From: Macrostomum lignano
Lineage: Eukaryota
Direction: 5' to 3'
Assembly: GCA_002269645.1 (NCBI GenBank)
Contig: NIVC01000070.1
Span: 992,001-1,056,000, forward strand
Length of the DNA: 64,000 nucleotides
Part shown: in pieces, positions 10,653 through 22,287 of the stretch
How the letters are laid out: every line of letters begins with the position of its first letter
How positions within the stretch are numbered: position 1 is the first letter of the stretch
Position numbers and translations under genes: made by a program
Notes under the pieces: model-generated
What the model was told of the DNA's origin: nothing
What the model saw: only the letters and a program-made list of their open reading frames with translations
Database searches by the model: none

Positions 10653-12049
10653 TTAATGCGCACAAACTCGTTTTCCAGGAAATCCATTGCCATTTTTCAA
10701 CAGGCCCTTCTGAGCATCATCATCCGAGCCTTTAGCGCTCAGACTGACAACCCGATCCAGCTGGGAGTCCAGCACAGAAAAAGCGATTCCCAGTTGAGCG
10801 CCATAGTAAGTAGACATAATGACGGCATTGGCATGCGGCAGCGGCGTTACAAACTTATTCACGGCGATGCAGAAGTCGCTGACGACGAACAGGGCAGCTC
10901 CGACCGCGCCAGCGAGGCTGGTGCAGCCGCCAAGAGACTTCTCGAATCGGACTCGAGCAATGGCCCGCCAGAACATGACGAATATTAAAGTGGTGTAAAC
11001 CAGACCCACGTAGCGCATCAGGACTGAGTTGGCCCGAGGAAACACAGACAGGTAGGCGGCCACGGCAACCAGGCTGGCTGACAGGCCGACTCGGGGGCGC
11101 AGCGGCGACATGCCGAAGGCCCAGGCGTACGCCACCTAAGCATGTCATGGAAGAATGTGCTGGTGATGTCAATGATGTCATGGGAGAATGTGCTGGCGAT
11201 GTCAATGATGTCATGGGAGAATGTGCTGGCGATGTCAATGATGTCATGGGAGAATGTGCTGGCGATGCTAATGATGTCATGGGAGAATGTGCTGGCGATG
11301 CTAATGGTGTCATGGAAGAATGTGCTGGCGATGCTAATGATGTCATGGAAGAATGTGCTGGCGATGCTAATGATGTCATGGAAGAATGTGCTGGCAATGC
11401 TAATGATGTCATGGGAGAATGTGCTGGCGATGCTAATGGTGTCATGGAAGAATGTGCTGGCGATGCTAATGATGTCATGGAAGAATGTGCTGGCAATGCT
11501 AATGATGTCATGGGAGAATGTGCTGGCGATGCTAATGATGTCATGGGAGAATGTGCTGGCGATGCTAATGATGTCATGGGAGAATGTGCTGGCAATGCTA
11601 ATGATGTCATGGGAGAATGTGCTGGCGATGCTAATGGTGTCATGGAAGAATGTGCTGGCGATGCTAATGGTGTCATGGAAGAATGTGCTAAGCTGTGTTA
11701 TGCTAATGATGTGGCATGGGGGAATTTGGTATGCTAAGAAGCAGCATAAAGACAGCAAACTTACCTGAGCAACAGCAAACAGGCACATGCCAAACAGAAA
11801 GAATCCGTCAAACACAAGAGCGATATCGCCAAGCAGGGAGAAGCACAGGCCAATTAGAATTCGCCTGTTATAAGCATAGGCATCGCTCAGGCTCAGGCCA
11901 TGGCTGATCACGAAGCCAATCAGACAGCAGATTGGAATGCATTTGAACAGCAGGTAGAGCAGATGGCCCGGCGACTTCTCGGGGAACAGGATGAAGAAAA
12001 TGGCCGCCGATTTCAGGAATGGCACTAGACGGGGCCCGGCACTTTTTAA
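10653..12049 (-). CDS. TMEM86A: TMEM86/YhhN-family lysoplasmalogenase-like membrane protein (two coding exons; initiator Met not located)
   Basis: Exons 11765-12049 (TAG|TTA acceptor at 12050, CAG|GTAAGT donor) and 10653-11135 (TTAG acceptor, stop at 10653). Translation LKSAGPRLVPFLKSAAIFF...KCIPI...FSLLGDIALV...AWAFGM...GAALFVVSDFCIAVNKF...IMSTYYGAQLGIAFS matches TMEM86A/YhhN motifs. AATAAA on the minus strand at 10548-10553. The A versus B paralog call is uncertain. Confidence 0.88.
11140..11715. repeat. Minisatellite, 33-bp unit gatgtcatgggagaatgtgctggcgatgctaat, about 17 copies, TMEM86 intron
   Basis: Direct; the 11-codon period gives several stop-free frames. Confidence 0.97.
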
Positions 12050-12447
12050 CTACAATAATAAATAAATAAATGATGAGTAACTAATTTAAATTATAGAAAC
12101 AAGTCTCAACAATCAGCCTAATGCACTTGACTGCTACAATGTGACACAAAGCAAAATTCAAAAGCAATATTACCTACAATATTAAAAACCAAATTAAAGC
12201 CTATAGGTGCCTCAACAAAAGTTCTAGAAACTTGAAATCTTATTTACTTTCCTCATATATCATCATTTTATTCATAATCAGTGCTATAAGGCAAAGTAAC
12301 TTGTATTAAATTATTAGAAATATTTATAAATATAGAATTTAAAGTGAGAGGAAAGAGAATAAAGAAGAGAAAAGAAGGGAGAGAATGGGTAGGCAGAAAA
12401 AAGTCAAAAAATCTAAAACATACATGCGCAACTGTAGGAATCACCTA

Positions 12448-12968
12448 CCCGCTGGAAAATTTATGCACCTGTGTAGGCATAAAAGGTGAGTGATGTGCAC
12501 AAAAAGGCATTTCAGTGGCCTATTTTGTACATGTTTTGGAAATGCACCTGAGTGCACCTTTTATGCCTAAATGTCACCAATATTTTTGAAAAGAGGCATA
12601 AAAGGTGTGCAATCGGTGAAGTGGTCAGGCATTAGGGGAATTCTCGATTTTGATTGGTTGCAGCGGTAGGCGCAGTAAAGGTGCATAAGGGGCACTAGAG
12701 GTGAACAGCAGGCTCACAAATGAGGCAAAGCAGGTGCACAGGAGGTTCAGAAGGAGCATAGAAAGCGCATGAAAGGTGAATTTGAGGTGGGTGTACATGA
12801 TTCTAATTAAACTACTTTTTTTCAAAAGACAATTAAGTCACGGCATAAATAGGTGCATACATGTGCATTTCCAAAACACGCACGAAATAGACCAATAAAT
12901 ATATGTGCCTCTTTTGTGCACCTTGCTCACCTTTTATGCTTACGCAGTTGCATAACTTTTCCAATGGG
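12448..12968. mobile_element. MITE with CCC termini and about 45-bp imperfect TIRs (CMC/EnSpm-like)
   Basis: Left end CCCGCTGGAAAATTTATGCACCTGTGTAGGCATAAAAGGTGAG; right end reverse complement CCCATTGGAAAAGTTATGCAACTGCGTAAGCATAAAAGGTGAG; internal aaaggtg/cacctttt subterminal motifs; flanks TA and AA. The superfamily is inferred from the termini. Confidence 0.7.
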
Positions 12969-14252
12969 AATTAGTAATAAAAATTAACTGAGAGTTACAT
13001 ACTCATATATTGCAGGCACAGATTGAACATAGAAAAAAGCTTTATTTATGCCTATACTAATCGCTATCCCCTTCCTGATTCTGGCAAACCACGAAAGTAA
13101 ACATCCCCTATACTGATAAGTTCCAATGACTTTCAAATACTGAGGAAAAGTTCTGAAAAGTAGTGAAGAGTTTTGCATTATCAAGTAAAAGTTTTGAATC
13201 TTTTCAAAGAATAGTGGGGAAAAGTAGCAAAGCACTTTCGCAAGTTGGAGCGCCCCTTGCATTGCTTCTACGCCTAAAGTGCCCACTGTGCACCTTTTGT
13301 TTACCTTTTGTGCCTCCAATGCACACTGACATACACCTTTTTATGCACCTCCACCGCGGCGCAACTTTTGTTCACCTTTCACTCTACCAATACCCCCAAT
13401 TCCTACTTTGTTCACCTATTGTGCCTCCAACTGATGCACAGTTAATATGCATCACTCCTAAGAAAATAGTGTGCATGCATACCTGGCATGCACTTTATAG
13501 AATCTCACAGATTTATAGTGAAGTAGAAAAAAGATGAAAAAATCATTTTAGGTGTAAATTTCAAGTTTTCTGGGTTTTTAAAGCTTATAATAGAGCATTA
13601 AAACAAATCTTTGCATGAATTGATTTTTCACTTTAAATAGTATTTCTAAAAAAAGCAGAAAAATTAACCAAATTATTTGCCACAAAGGGTCTATTACGCA
13701 ATTGAAAAAAGGTCATTTATTGTCACAATATAAAAAAGGTCATATTGTTACAACATGCCATACTTTTGAGAATAGGCATGTACTCAATTTTTTTCAGCAT
13801 GCATTTATGATTATTTGATTTTTGTTTGGGTATATACACAGCATGATCTGGACTATGGTCCTATATATTACCTAGCTTTTAAATTAAATGCTTCCTATAT
13901 GCTTTTTAAACAACAAAGAACAATGAAATTATACAAAATTATGTTATTTTGGTATATATGCAAGAAATTTTTTTTCAAATTACTTGAACTATAGAAGCTA
14001 GGCCCTAAGTAAAATGTGTCTTTTGATCCATAAAGTAATTTTTATACATTAAATATTTAACTTATATTAAAGTTAAATACAGTATTTAATTGTAGACAAA
14101 CTTTATAAAGTATATGCTGTCAATAATAACAAAGTGATAAACAAATAAACATTAAAAATGTTGAAAATATGTTAACATTAGGCCTATAGAATTTATTAAT
14201 ATAAGACAAATAACACAAATAAAACATAAAACAAATAATAAGTAATAAAGAC

Positions 14253-14535
14253 CATACATGTGCAACAGTTGGCCAATCCAGCCAATTGATTTAATGGCCA
14301 ACCAAGAAAGTCGCAAAAATGCCCACACAAAAAATACCTAAGTGTAATACTAAGTAGCTGATGAGACATTTTGACTTAATAAGACAGTCATAAATACTCC
14401 TGCCATTTACCCAAAGTTGTGTTAATTTTGCTTTGGGGGTTTTTACATGTAAGTCGCATTTTGGCCAAAAACTGTCGCATTTTTGTTAAAACTAAGTCAC
14501 ATGGCTAACCAAATTTTGGAGGTTGCGCATATATG
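14253..14535. mobile_element. hAT MITE (283 bp), copy 1
   Basis: TIRs CATACATGTGCAA / TTGCGCATATATG; perfect 8-bp TSD ataaagac (14245-14252 and 14536-14543); colinear with the copy at 22008-22287. Confidence 0.88.
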
Positions 14536-14648
14536 ATAAAGACAAGGCTATAAGCCTATACTATATAGATAATTAGTGTTTTTATAAATAGTTTTAATTT
14601 TTAAAAGTAATAACTATAATTATATTTTAGGCCTATCTATGTGTGTTA

Positions 14649-16078
14649 GTAAACTTGTCAACTTTTTTTTGTCAACTAGCCAGCTGTATGATTAATTTAT
14701 CAATTGGTAAATTTGTCAAATGGTAAATTACTTAGTATAGTACAGTATGTGCAACAGTCTAAGTGTACAGATATAATAATAGATTCATAAAACCAATGAG
14801 CCGAGTTGTGTCATTGTAATGCTAGTTTTTAGGCACAGGACATGACAATTATCAATTGTGACAATTTGTGACAATGCTTGCCTACTGTTGCCAGATCTGC
14901 ATATTGTCTATTGCTGGAATGTCTTTTCGCCGGATTGACTAGATAAGAGACAATAGTGCACTGCAACACCCTGCAATCTGCCATGTACAAAGTGATAAAA
15001 TATTATACAATAAAATTAAAAAAACAATGAAACCAAGAATCTTCCATGTCAACAACTAGCTAAGAAACTGCAATTGGGCCATTCCATATAACTATGGTTG
15101 TAACACGACAGGCTATTTTTAGTTATAAAATGAAATCTAATCATAGAATACACTAAACCAATATTTTCAATGAAAGATTATTTTGTCAAGAATATGTTTA
15201 TATAGTTTCATATAGATATCATCAATAGTATAGATGCTATTAAACCTTGAATGGCACTTATGGTCGTAACAACAGGATTTTTGACATATAGAAACTAAAA
15301 AGTCTTATAACATTTTTAATTTTTGATATTTTGCAATACATTTTTTTAAATTTGACTAAGAACATCTTCCGAAATCATATTCTTTTATTAGAATATATAA
15401 ACTCATAAAAGCAACAAAGATACAAAAACAAAAGGCAGCCTTATGGTCGTAACATTATGGTTGTAACATATTTTTTCTGTCAATTTAATTCAATTTAGTA
15501 ACTTTGAGTTACCAATATATTAAAAATGTAATAGATTATATAATTGCTAATGTTTTTATCTAATTATGCAAATGCTATAATTTTATCTATACTTTGTTTC
15601 AACCTTCCAAAGCTTTTTATTTGTTTTCAAGAGGTACACAAAGTTAATGATGTCTTTTGCTTAGAAAAATGTCCAAATTTTTACAAAAATGGCTTTAATG
15701 AATCCAACATCTTACCATTCATTTATTCTTAGATTGTATATATTACACATAAAAAACATTAGGCAAAAAAATTGGCTGATAAGGCAATGGCAAGTAAAAA
15801 TATTGACTTTTTTCTATTTTCCAAATATGTCCATCTTATATGGAATGAGCCAATTCCATAAGGCAGGATCCCTGGCAATATATTTTAATTTCAATCGGTT
15901 TTAATTAATTTATTTCAACCAAAAATATTTTACAGTAAATATTAAAACTTTATTGCTTTTCTTTTTGTTTGAATTTCTTACTTCTATATATTTTGTTATA
16001 TTGCACATTAGTCACATGTTATGCAAACCATAGTAAATTCGTTAATATAGTTGACAAATAAAAAGTTGACAAGTTTAC
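14649..16078. mobile_element. Putative non-autonomous DNA transposon with about 30-bp inverted ends
   Basis: gtaaacttgtcaacttttttttgtcaacta (14649-14678) is inverted relative to tagttgacaaataaaaagttgacaagtttac (16048-16078); AT-rich interior with repeated ttatggtcgtaac motifs; no TSD seen. Confidence 0.5.
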
Positions 16079-18068
16079 CTGGATCCCTATTTGTAGCTTC
16101 ATTGCTTTTTTATATGAACTGTTAATTTTAATTAATAAATATTGTGACTGTCACCTTTTTGACTATTGCCTTTCCATTTTGACTATGACTCTTTTGATCT
16201 ATTGCCCTTTTGAACCTATAGCCTTTAAGCCTCATTTTACAATATGTCAATTAAAAACATGACTATTAGAATTGTGCAGGCCCCTCCTGATTCTTTCACA
16301 AAATTGATTATTGCATAACTCATTTTGAATGTGTGCCTAATCTAGGAAACACATTTGTTATAATACAAGTATTTTTCATATTATAATAGTTTATGCAAAC
16401 TAATTTTTGTTTAAACTAGCAATAAATTTTAGTATAAATAGAAGCGTTTTTAGTGGAGGAGAAACCAACCTTGCATATTGTGGTTCCTTAAGAAAGCCAG
16501 TATTGAATAGTAAGAGTTCCAAGTAAATGTTATTAAAGATTATTTTCCAAGTTATTCATTTGCATAAGTAAAAGTGAAGTAGGCTAAAGTGTATATAGTA
16601 TATATTGAGAAGTGGAAGTAATAAGAGAAAGACTACAAAGTAGATCATAAATCGACACATAAAAGAATAATCGGAGGCTGTGACCCTCTGATCTTGGTAA
16701 CACCTAGGATTGGAAATATATCTGATATATTTATCAATATACCACTTAGGCCAGAATGATAGTAGAATGCTACTATAATAACAGTAGAAAGCAACTTGTA
16801 TACCAAGAATAATACTTAGAAAACTACTCAGATATATACTTAAACAAATACAATCCACTTTGATAATAGCCATTTTGGTAACAGCTATTTTGGTAAAAGC
16901 CACTTTGGTAACAAAGCAGATTTACAATTGTCAACACTTTATTTTTATGATTATTAGGTTTGGCAATAATTAGTTTAATAATTAACATCTCAAATATCTT
17001 ATTGCAAATATCTAGTTAAACTGTATTATACTTTGTTGGCCTACAAGCCGCCACCTAATTTCGACTCTTGCCAACCCAAGGAGTGCTGCCGAATCCCTGC
17101 TCAGACGTGTGCGGATTGCGAGAGTTGGTTTGCGGTGTTGCCACTGGCAGAGCATGAGCGACAACTGCAGTGCCACAGGCACAATTGACATCGCCCAGTT
17201 ATCCAGTCGGCTGACTTCTTTGCTATTGCCATGCCGCCGAGCCCACCACCCGCACCAATAGAGCACATGAAGGTGATGAAGCGCCGTCGGCGCCCCCTAA
17301 GAGACAGTCAGCAGGGCAGTCGGTAAAGAAGCTTGATGAGAAAAACGACTGAAAGCCGATTTAGCCATTGCCTACATTTACTTGACTTTAAATCGAATCA
17401 AACAAAATGCTAAATGGTTAATGGGTCATTTTATTGTAGTCGCAATCTGACATCAGAATCTGAAATATTTATATGAATCTGAAATATTAATTACAAATTT
17501 GTGTATTGACTCAGTGTTACTGAGTAGGGGTTCCTGCTCAAGGTGTCTGAGTTCAGTTGGAACAGAAAAGTTTTAATGTTATTAAAGAGCCGGCGGCGCA
17601 CAGCAGGAAAGTAGAAATTTACTTCCCTCTAGCTGCCAGCAAGCTGGCACTAGGCGACAGTTTTTGAGAGGTATTCACCAACAGGTTTTCATGGTATTTG
17701 AACAATTTCTGTAGCTCGTAACACTGCCGTTTTACTTGTCAGTTACTGTCTATGAGTCCGCCATGTGGTGCTTAAGATCTTAGGAATATGCGGATTCGTG
17801 CGTGACATATGTTTGCATATGATCTTGGGAAGTAAAAATTGATTTTGTGAAAATCTTTGACGTGCAGCTCATAGCTGGCAAGACTGGAACACAGAGACTT
17901 CATTTCTGTTATTTTCACATTCACTCATGTTACTCCAATAGACTCTAGAGTCTATTGGTTAACCCAATTTTCTAAGAAACCCAATTTAGGATTGAGCTCG
18001 TCAATCATAGAGCCTACCCATATTTCCAAGCCTTCGATGGTTAGTTAACAAGGTTACTTCCAGTTACC

Positions 18069-19761
18069 ATGAAGATTATTATGGTAAATCAACTGTCATC
18101 ATCATCAGTTGCAGCTGCTACAATGACCAAGCCTACGACCAATCGAGCAGCATCGAAACAAAAGGGCAGGAAGCCATGCGGGCTTCAGCAAGAAAAAGTA
18201 GGGAAGGCCAAGAAGCAAAAGGAGAACACTCCGCCCAAACCAACAGGCGCGCCTGCTTCAAGCGACATACCTCCTCCCACTGCGCCATGTGATGCAGCTG
18301 ACGCGCTGGAAGAATTGGTCATAGATGAGAATGGCCAGGCCAGCAGCACAGAGGACATGGTGCCTTATAAGGTGGAGAGTGTGGCACGTTACTTCCTGTT
18401 CAAATACAGCTCTTACCATGACTGCATGGAAGTAGTGTCTACCACCACTGACAGCAGTGCTCCCATCATTGTCGCGTGCAGTCGGGACTCACCAAACCCT
18501 GTTGCTGTAGGGAGCCGTGTGCTAATAGTCACAGCTAAAAAAAACTGCACCTCAGTGAAACGCTGGTCCGGAGACCTGCTTTGCGGCCCATTTTCTAAGA
18601 AAAGTGAGGCCACGGGTGCTGCCCTTTTAACCAACATGCATGCCCTGCCGCTAGAGCTGCCTCGTGCCTGCGCCTCCTGTCAGGGGTTAGTTGTAGAACT
18701 GCAGAGAGAGAAAAGTCTGACCGACACACTGCATGAGTAGATGCGACTGTGACTAGCTTTTCCTGCTGAAAAATGGTGCATCATATTACAATAGTATATA
18801 ATGATGAGACTTATTGCATGTCCCTTTTTGCAACAGATTGTGAGTTTTATGTCCCTTTGTGACATCCAACAGGTTCTGAAGTTCAACTGCTTCATACAAG
18901 CGAAACCCAGTTGCGTGAGGAGGTTCGACGTCTGACGCAAGGGAGCTCTGTTCACTTTTAAGGTTGAGAGTCAACTTCTCCTGCAGCTAGAGCAGGAGCA
19001 GGGCAGGAGCCTAAATATGCAGTGCAATGCGGAGAAGGTGAACGAGTGCCTTGTCCACGCCTCGCATTACCTGCTGGCTTTTAATTTGGCATCGACATCC
19101 GCCAGCACTTTGGCCAGACTCATGCATTCAGCGGCGCCACCAGGGGCAGCGGCGGCAGCTGCTATGGCTGCAACGGTGTCTAGCAGTGATCAATCGCTGG
19201 ATCCAGACGCGGAATCTGATCCGTGGGATGAATCGGAGAGTTTGCACTGCTTTATGGACTTCTTAGCGGACAGTCAGCTGCCTGTGTCATAGACACGCGC
19301 TTTGAGTGATGCATGCGACAGGGCGGCATCTCAAGCAGGACCTTCTATGGCACCTGCGGTGGAAGCTGTTGCTCGGGTACCGCTTTCTTTTGAGGATCTC
19401 CGCCTAGCGCTGCTCTGAGCTGGATCATTGCAACAATGAGCTGCACAAATTGATAGTGCCCCCAGTAGACACCAACATCAAAGAGGCCACACTAGCATCC
19501 CGTTGCAGGGCTGCAAGAATGTCTACACTGCGCGCTCTTTTTAGGGCCATTTTTACGGATGCAGAATTGGCGCACTCTAGCATTTCTAGTCATCAAGCCT
19601 CAGGCTATGCCACGTCTGCTGCAAATCCTGCCAAACTGCAGTCGGCAAAACTGTGGCTACAGAATGCTGAGATCTCTTTTACCACGGACAATCTGCGCCG
19701 CACCTTCACTCGCTGCAGCGAGGCAGTCTACCAACGCATGGGCCTGCCAAAGCATATTTGA
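18069..19761 (+). pseudogene. Decayed gene: basic/Pro-rich N-terminus, coiled-coil-like middle, C-terminal BEN-like domain; probably transposon-borne
   Basis: Successive ORFs 18069-18740, 19017-19292 and 19450-19761 are separated by stops and frameshifts. The last has LRALFRAIFTDAELAHSSISS...NPAKLQSAKLWL, resembling the BEN consensus (LL..LF..EEL...S..G....LDP.KL). The domain call is by eye. Confidence 0.5.
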
Positions 19762-20619
19762 CCAAAGAAGAACTGAACAGATCGCCAGCATCCAAAGGCA
19801 GCTCGAGTCTTGCAGCAGACTGTAGTGCACATCATTGGAGTCGGCTCGAATGCATCCAACACTTCTGATGTCGCCGCGCAAGCCGCTGCCATTCCTGCCA
19901 TGACTGGCAGACCGGTTTCCCAGGGTGTTGAAAATTGTGCTGCTGCTGCTGCTGCTATAACACTGTCCTTGCCCATCACCGGTGTGCAGGAATTGGAGTC
20001 AGGAGGTCATCTCAAAGATGATTTGCTGCTGCGTGTTTTGCAGCAGTGAGACTGATTTCTGCATTCTTTTCACTGGACCGCCTACGTACACTAGTGTATA
20101 CAGAGATTGTGGCACCAGAGTAGAGTACACCAGATCCGGGTATAATTGGAAGTTGTTGAGTGCACCATGTGTACTGTGTATGCAGATACTGCACAACCAG
20201 AGTAGGAATTACCAGATCGTGATTAGAACTTTATTACAAATTTGTCATCTGTCTTTAGTCAATTTAGTAGCAGAGCAGCAGAAGCATCATCTACTTTTTT
20301 GTTGAATAGTTCAAATGATCAAAAGGGATCAATCGATCCAGTCTCAATAGTTTGTGTTCATTGTCACTTGTTGGCCTTATTGGTCTAAGTGTGCATTAAA
20401 AGTAAAGACGTAAGCATTCATAACATCTTTTATAAAAAGTGTTCCCAGCATGTACTGGACATAATCATTTCTTGTGTGAACAAAAGTAATGCATCATTGT
20501 CTGTCTTGTCAGACTTCAATTCTTTCACTGCAGCACTTGTTAGTTTATGCTAAACGGTTGATGTATCTGCATATGCATGGGCTGTTTGAATAAGTGGGCA
20601 CTGGAAGTCACAACATGCA

Positions 20620-20930
20620 GTGGTCCAGATTTCGGTCCGGTTTGTGGTCCCGAGGGTGCGTGCATCTCATTTGTCCAGATTTTGGTCCAGTCTGTGGTCC
20701 ACAGGGTGTGTGCGTCTAATTTGTCCAGATTTCATCCAGATTTTGGTCTAGTCTGTGGTCCGCAAGGTGCGTGCATCTCATTTGTCTGGATTTCGGTCCA
20801 CTTAGTGGTCCAGAATTGTGTGCATTTCATTTGTCTAGATTTCAGTCTGCTTAGTGGTCCAGAATTGTGTGCATCTCATTCGTCCGGATGTTGGTCTGGT
20901 CTCTAGTCCGCAAGAATGTGGATCAACATC
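20620..20930. repeat. Degenerate repeat of about 58-60 bp (ggtccagattt...gtggtcc...gtgcatctcattt), probably a transposon subterminal repeat
   Basis: About 5 diverged copies upstream of a GGG|TA end at 21088. Confidence 0.7.
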
Positions 20931-21152
20931 CGGAGAAGAAAATGGACAAATTGCAAATAGCAGAGCAGATCAAGGGGTCAAAATCTGCACTTTTCATCCA
21001 TTTTTCGGATAGGAAAAAATACATTGCGAGGTGGACAAAAATCTGGATATGAAACCGGGCAAAATGTCGGATGAAAGAGCCAAGCGGGTATTAGCTACAC
21101 ACAACACATAACTTTCACTTTCGCGGCTTTGCTTTCTACAGTCCCTATCCCT

Positions 21153-21460
21153 TACATTGGCAATGCATTTTGAATGGGAAAAGTTAGCGTAGGCAAAAGT
21201 TTACATTGGCAATGTATTTTGAATGGGAAAAGTTAGTGTCAGCAAAAGTTTCTGTTGGCAATGTATTTTGAATAGGAAAAGTTAGTGTCGGCAAAAGTTT
21301 ACATTGGCAATGTATTTTGAATGGGAAAGTAAGTGTCGGCAAAAGTTTATGTTGGCAATGTATTTTGAATAGGAAAAGTTTGCATTGGCAAAAGTTTACA
21401 TTGGCAATGTATTTTGAATGGGAAAAGTAAGCATTGGCATAAGTTTCTGTTGGCAATGCA
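21153..21460. repeat. Tandem repeat of about 49 bp (ttacattggcaatgtattttgaatgggaaaagttagtgtcggcaaaagt), about 6 copies
   Basis: Direct. Confidence 0.88.
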
Positions 21461-22007
21461 TTTAAATGCAAATAGTGTATATATGTTGTTGCACACAGAT
21501 GGAAGTAAGGAGTGTTGAGTGAGTCATCAATGTAGAATCATGCTCATTTGCTTAGTTTACCTTGTCCCTAGCCTTGGGGATTTCCCTGTTAGCCACCCCA
21601 TTCTACTTGTCATCAGTGTGCAGTAGTGTCCCTCTATGTACATTGTAACGTCACTTTAAGTCTTTAACGTTGGTAAAAACCGATCAGCCAAAGTTATAAA
21701 CAAGTTTAAACTTGTGTGTTAACTTTGTGAAAAAAGTTAAAGTAAAGAAAATTAAGCAAAGTTCATCTTGCATACATACATTGAAATTGAAAAAAATTAA
21801 ATAATTATTGAAGAAAAAGTAGATTCTATAATTTTAAGTTGCTATTTGCTAACTAGATCAAAGATTCTAATGTATACAGTACACAATATTTGGACAATTA
21901 TAGGATTTCTTAGGTGCATGTATCTGATTCATCTAGAAATTAAAATAGATCAGTTAAAACACTTTTAAACAAGTTAAACGCATGCATGTACTGTGTAGGA
22001 CCAAGAC

Positions 22008-22287
22008 CATACATGCGCAATAGTCGGCCGAGTTGGCCGATTTGGCCGACTGATTTGGCAGCCAACCAAGGAAGTTGCAAAAATGCCCACCCAAAAATAC
22101 ACCAAGTAATAGTACTAAGTAGCTGACGAGGCATTTTGGCTTTATAAGACAGTCATAGTTACTTATGCCGTTTACCCAAAGTTGCATTAATTGTAATGTA
22201 AGTCACATTTTTGGCCAAAAACTATGTCACATTTTTGTTCAAACTAAGTTGCATGGCCGACCGAATTTTGGAGGTTGCGCATGTATG
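22008..22287. mobile_element. hAT MITE (280 bp), copy 2
   Basis: Perfect 13-bp TIRs CATACATGCGCAA / TTGCGCATGTATG; perfect 8-bp TSD accaagac (22000-22007 and 22288-22295). Confidence 0.9.

Noticed and set aside
11018-12025. 335-aa ORF reading from TMEM86 exon 2 through the intron (TFSHDIISIAS repeats)
   Set aside because: The 33-bp unit is simply stop-free; strong GT-AG sites restore the conserved protein, and retention of the 629-nt intron would frameshift exon 3.
12448-21088. Single 8.6-kb element bounded by TA|CCCGCT...AGCGGG|TA
   Set aside because: The ends share only about 6-8 bp, and the 12448 end pairs much better (about 45 bp) with 12968.
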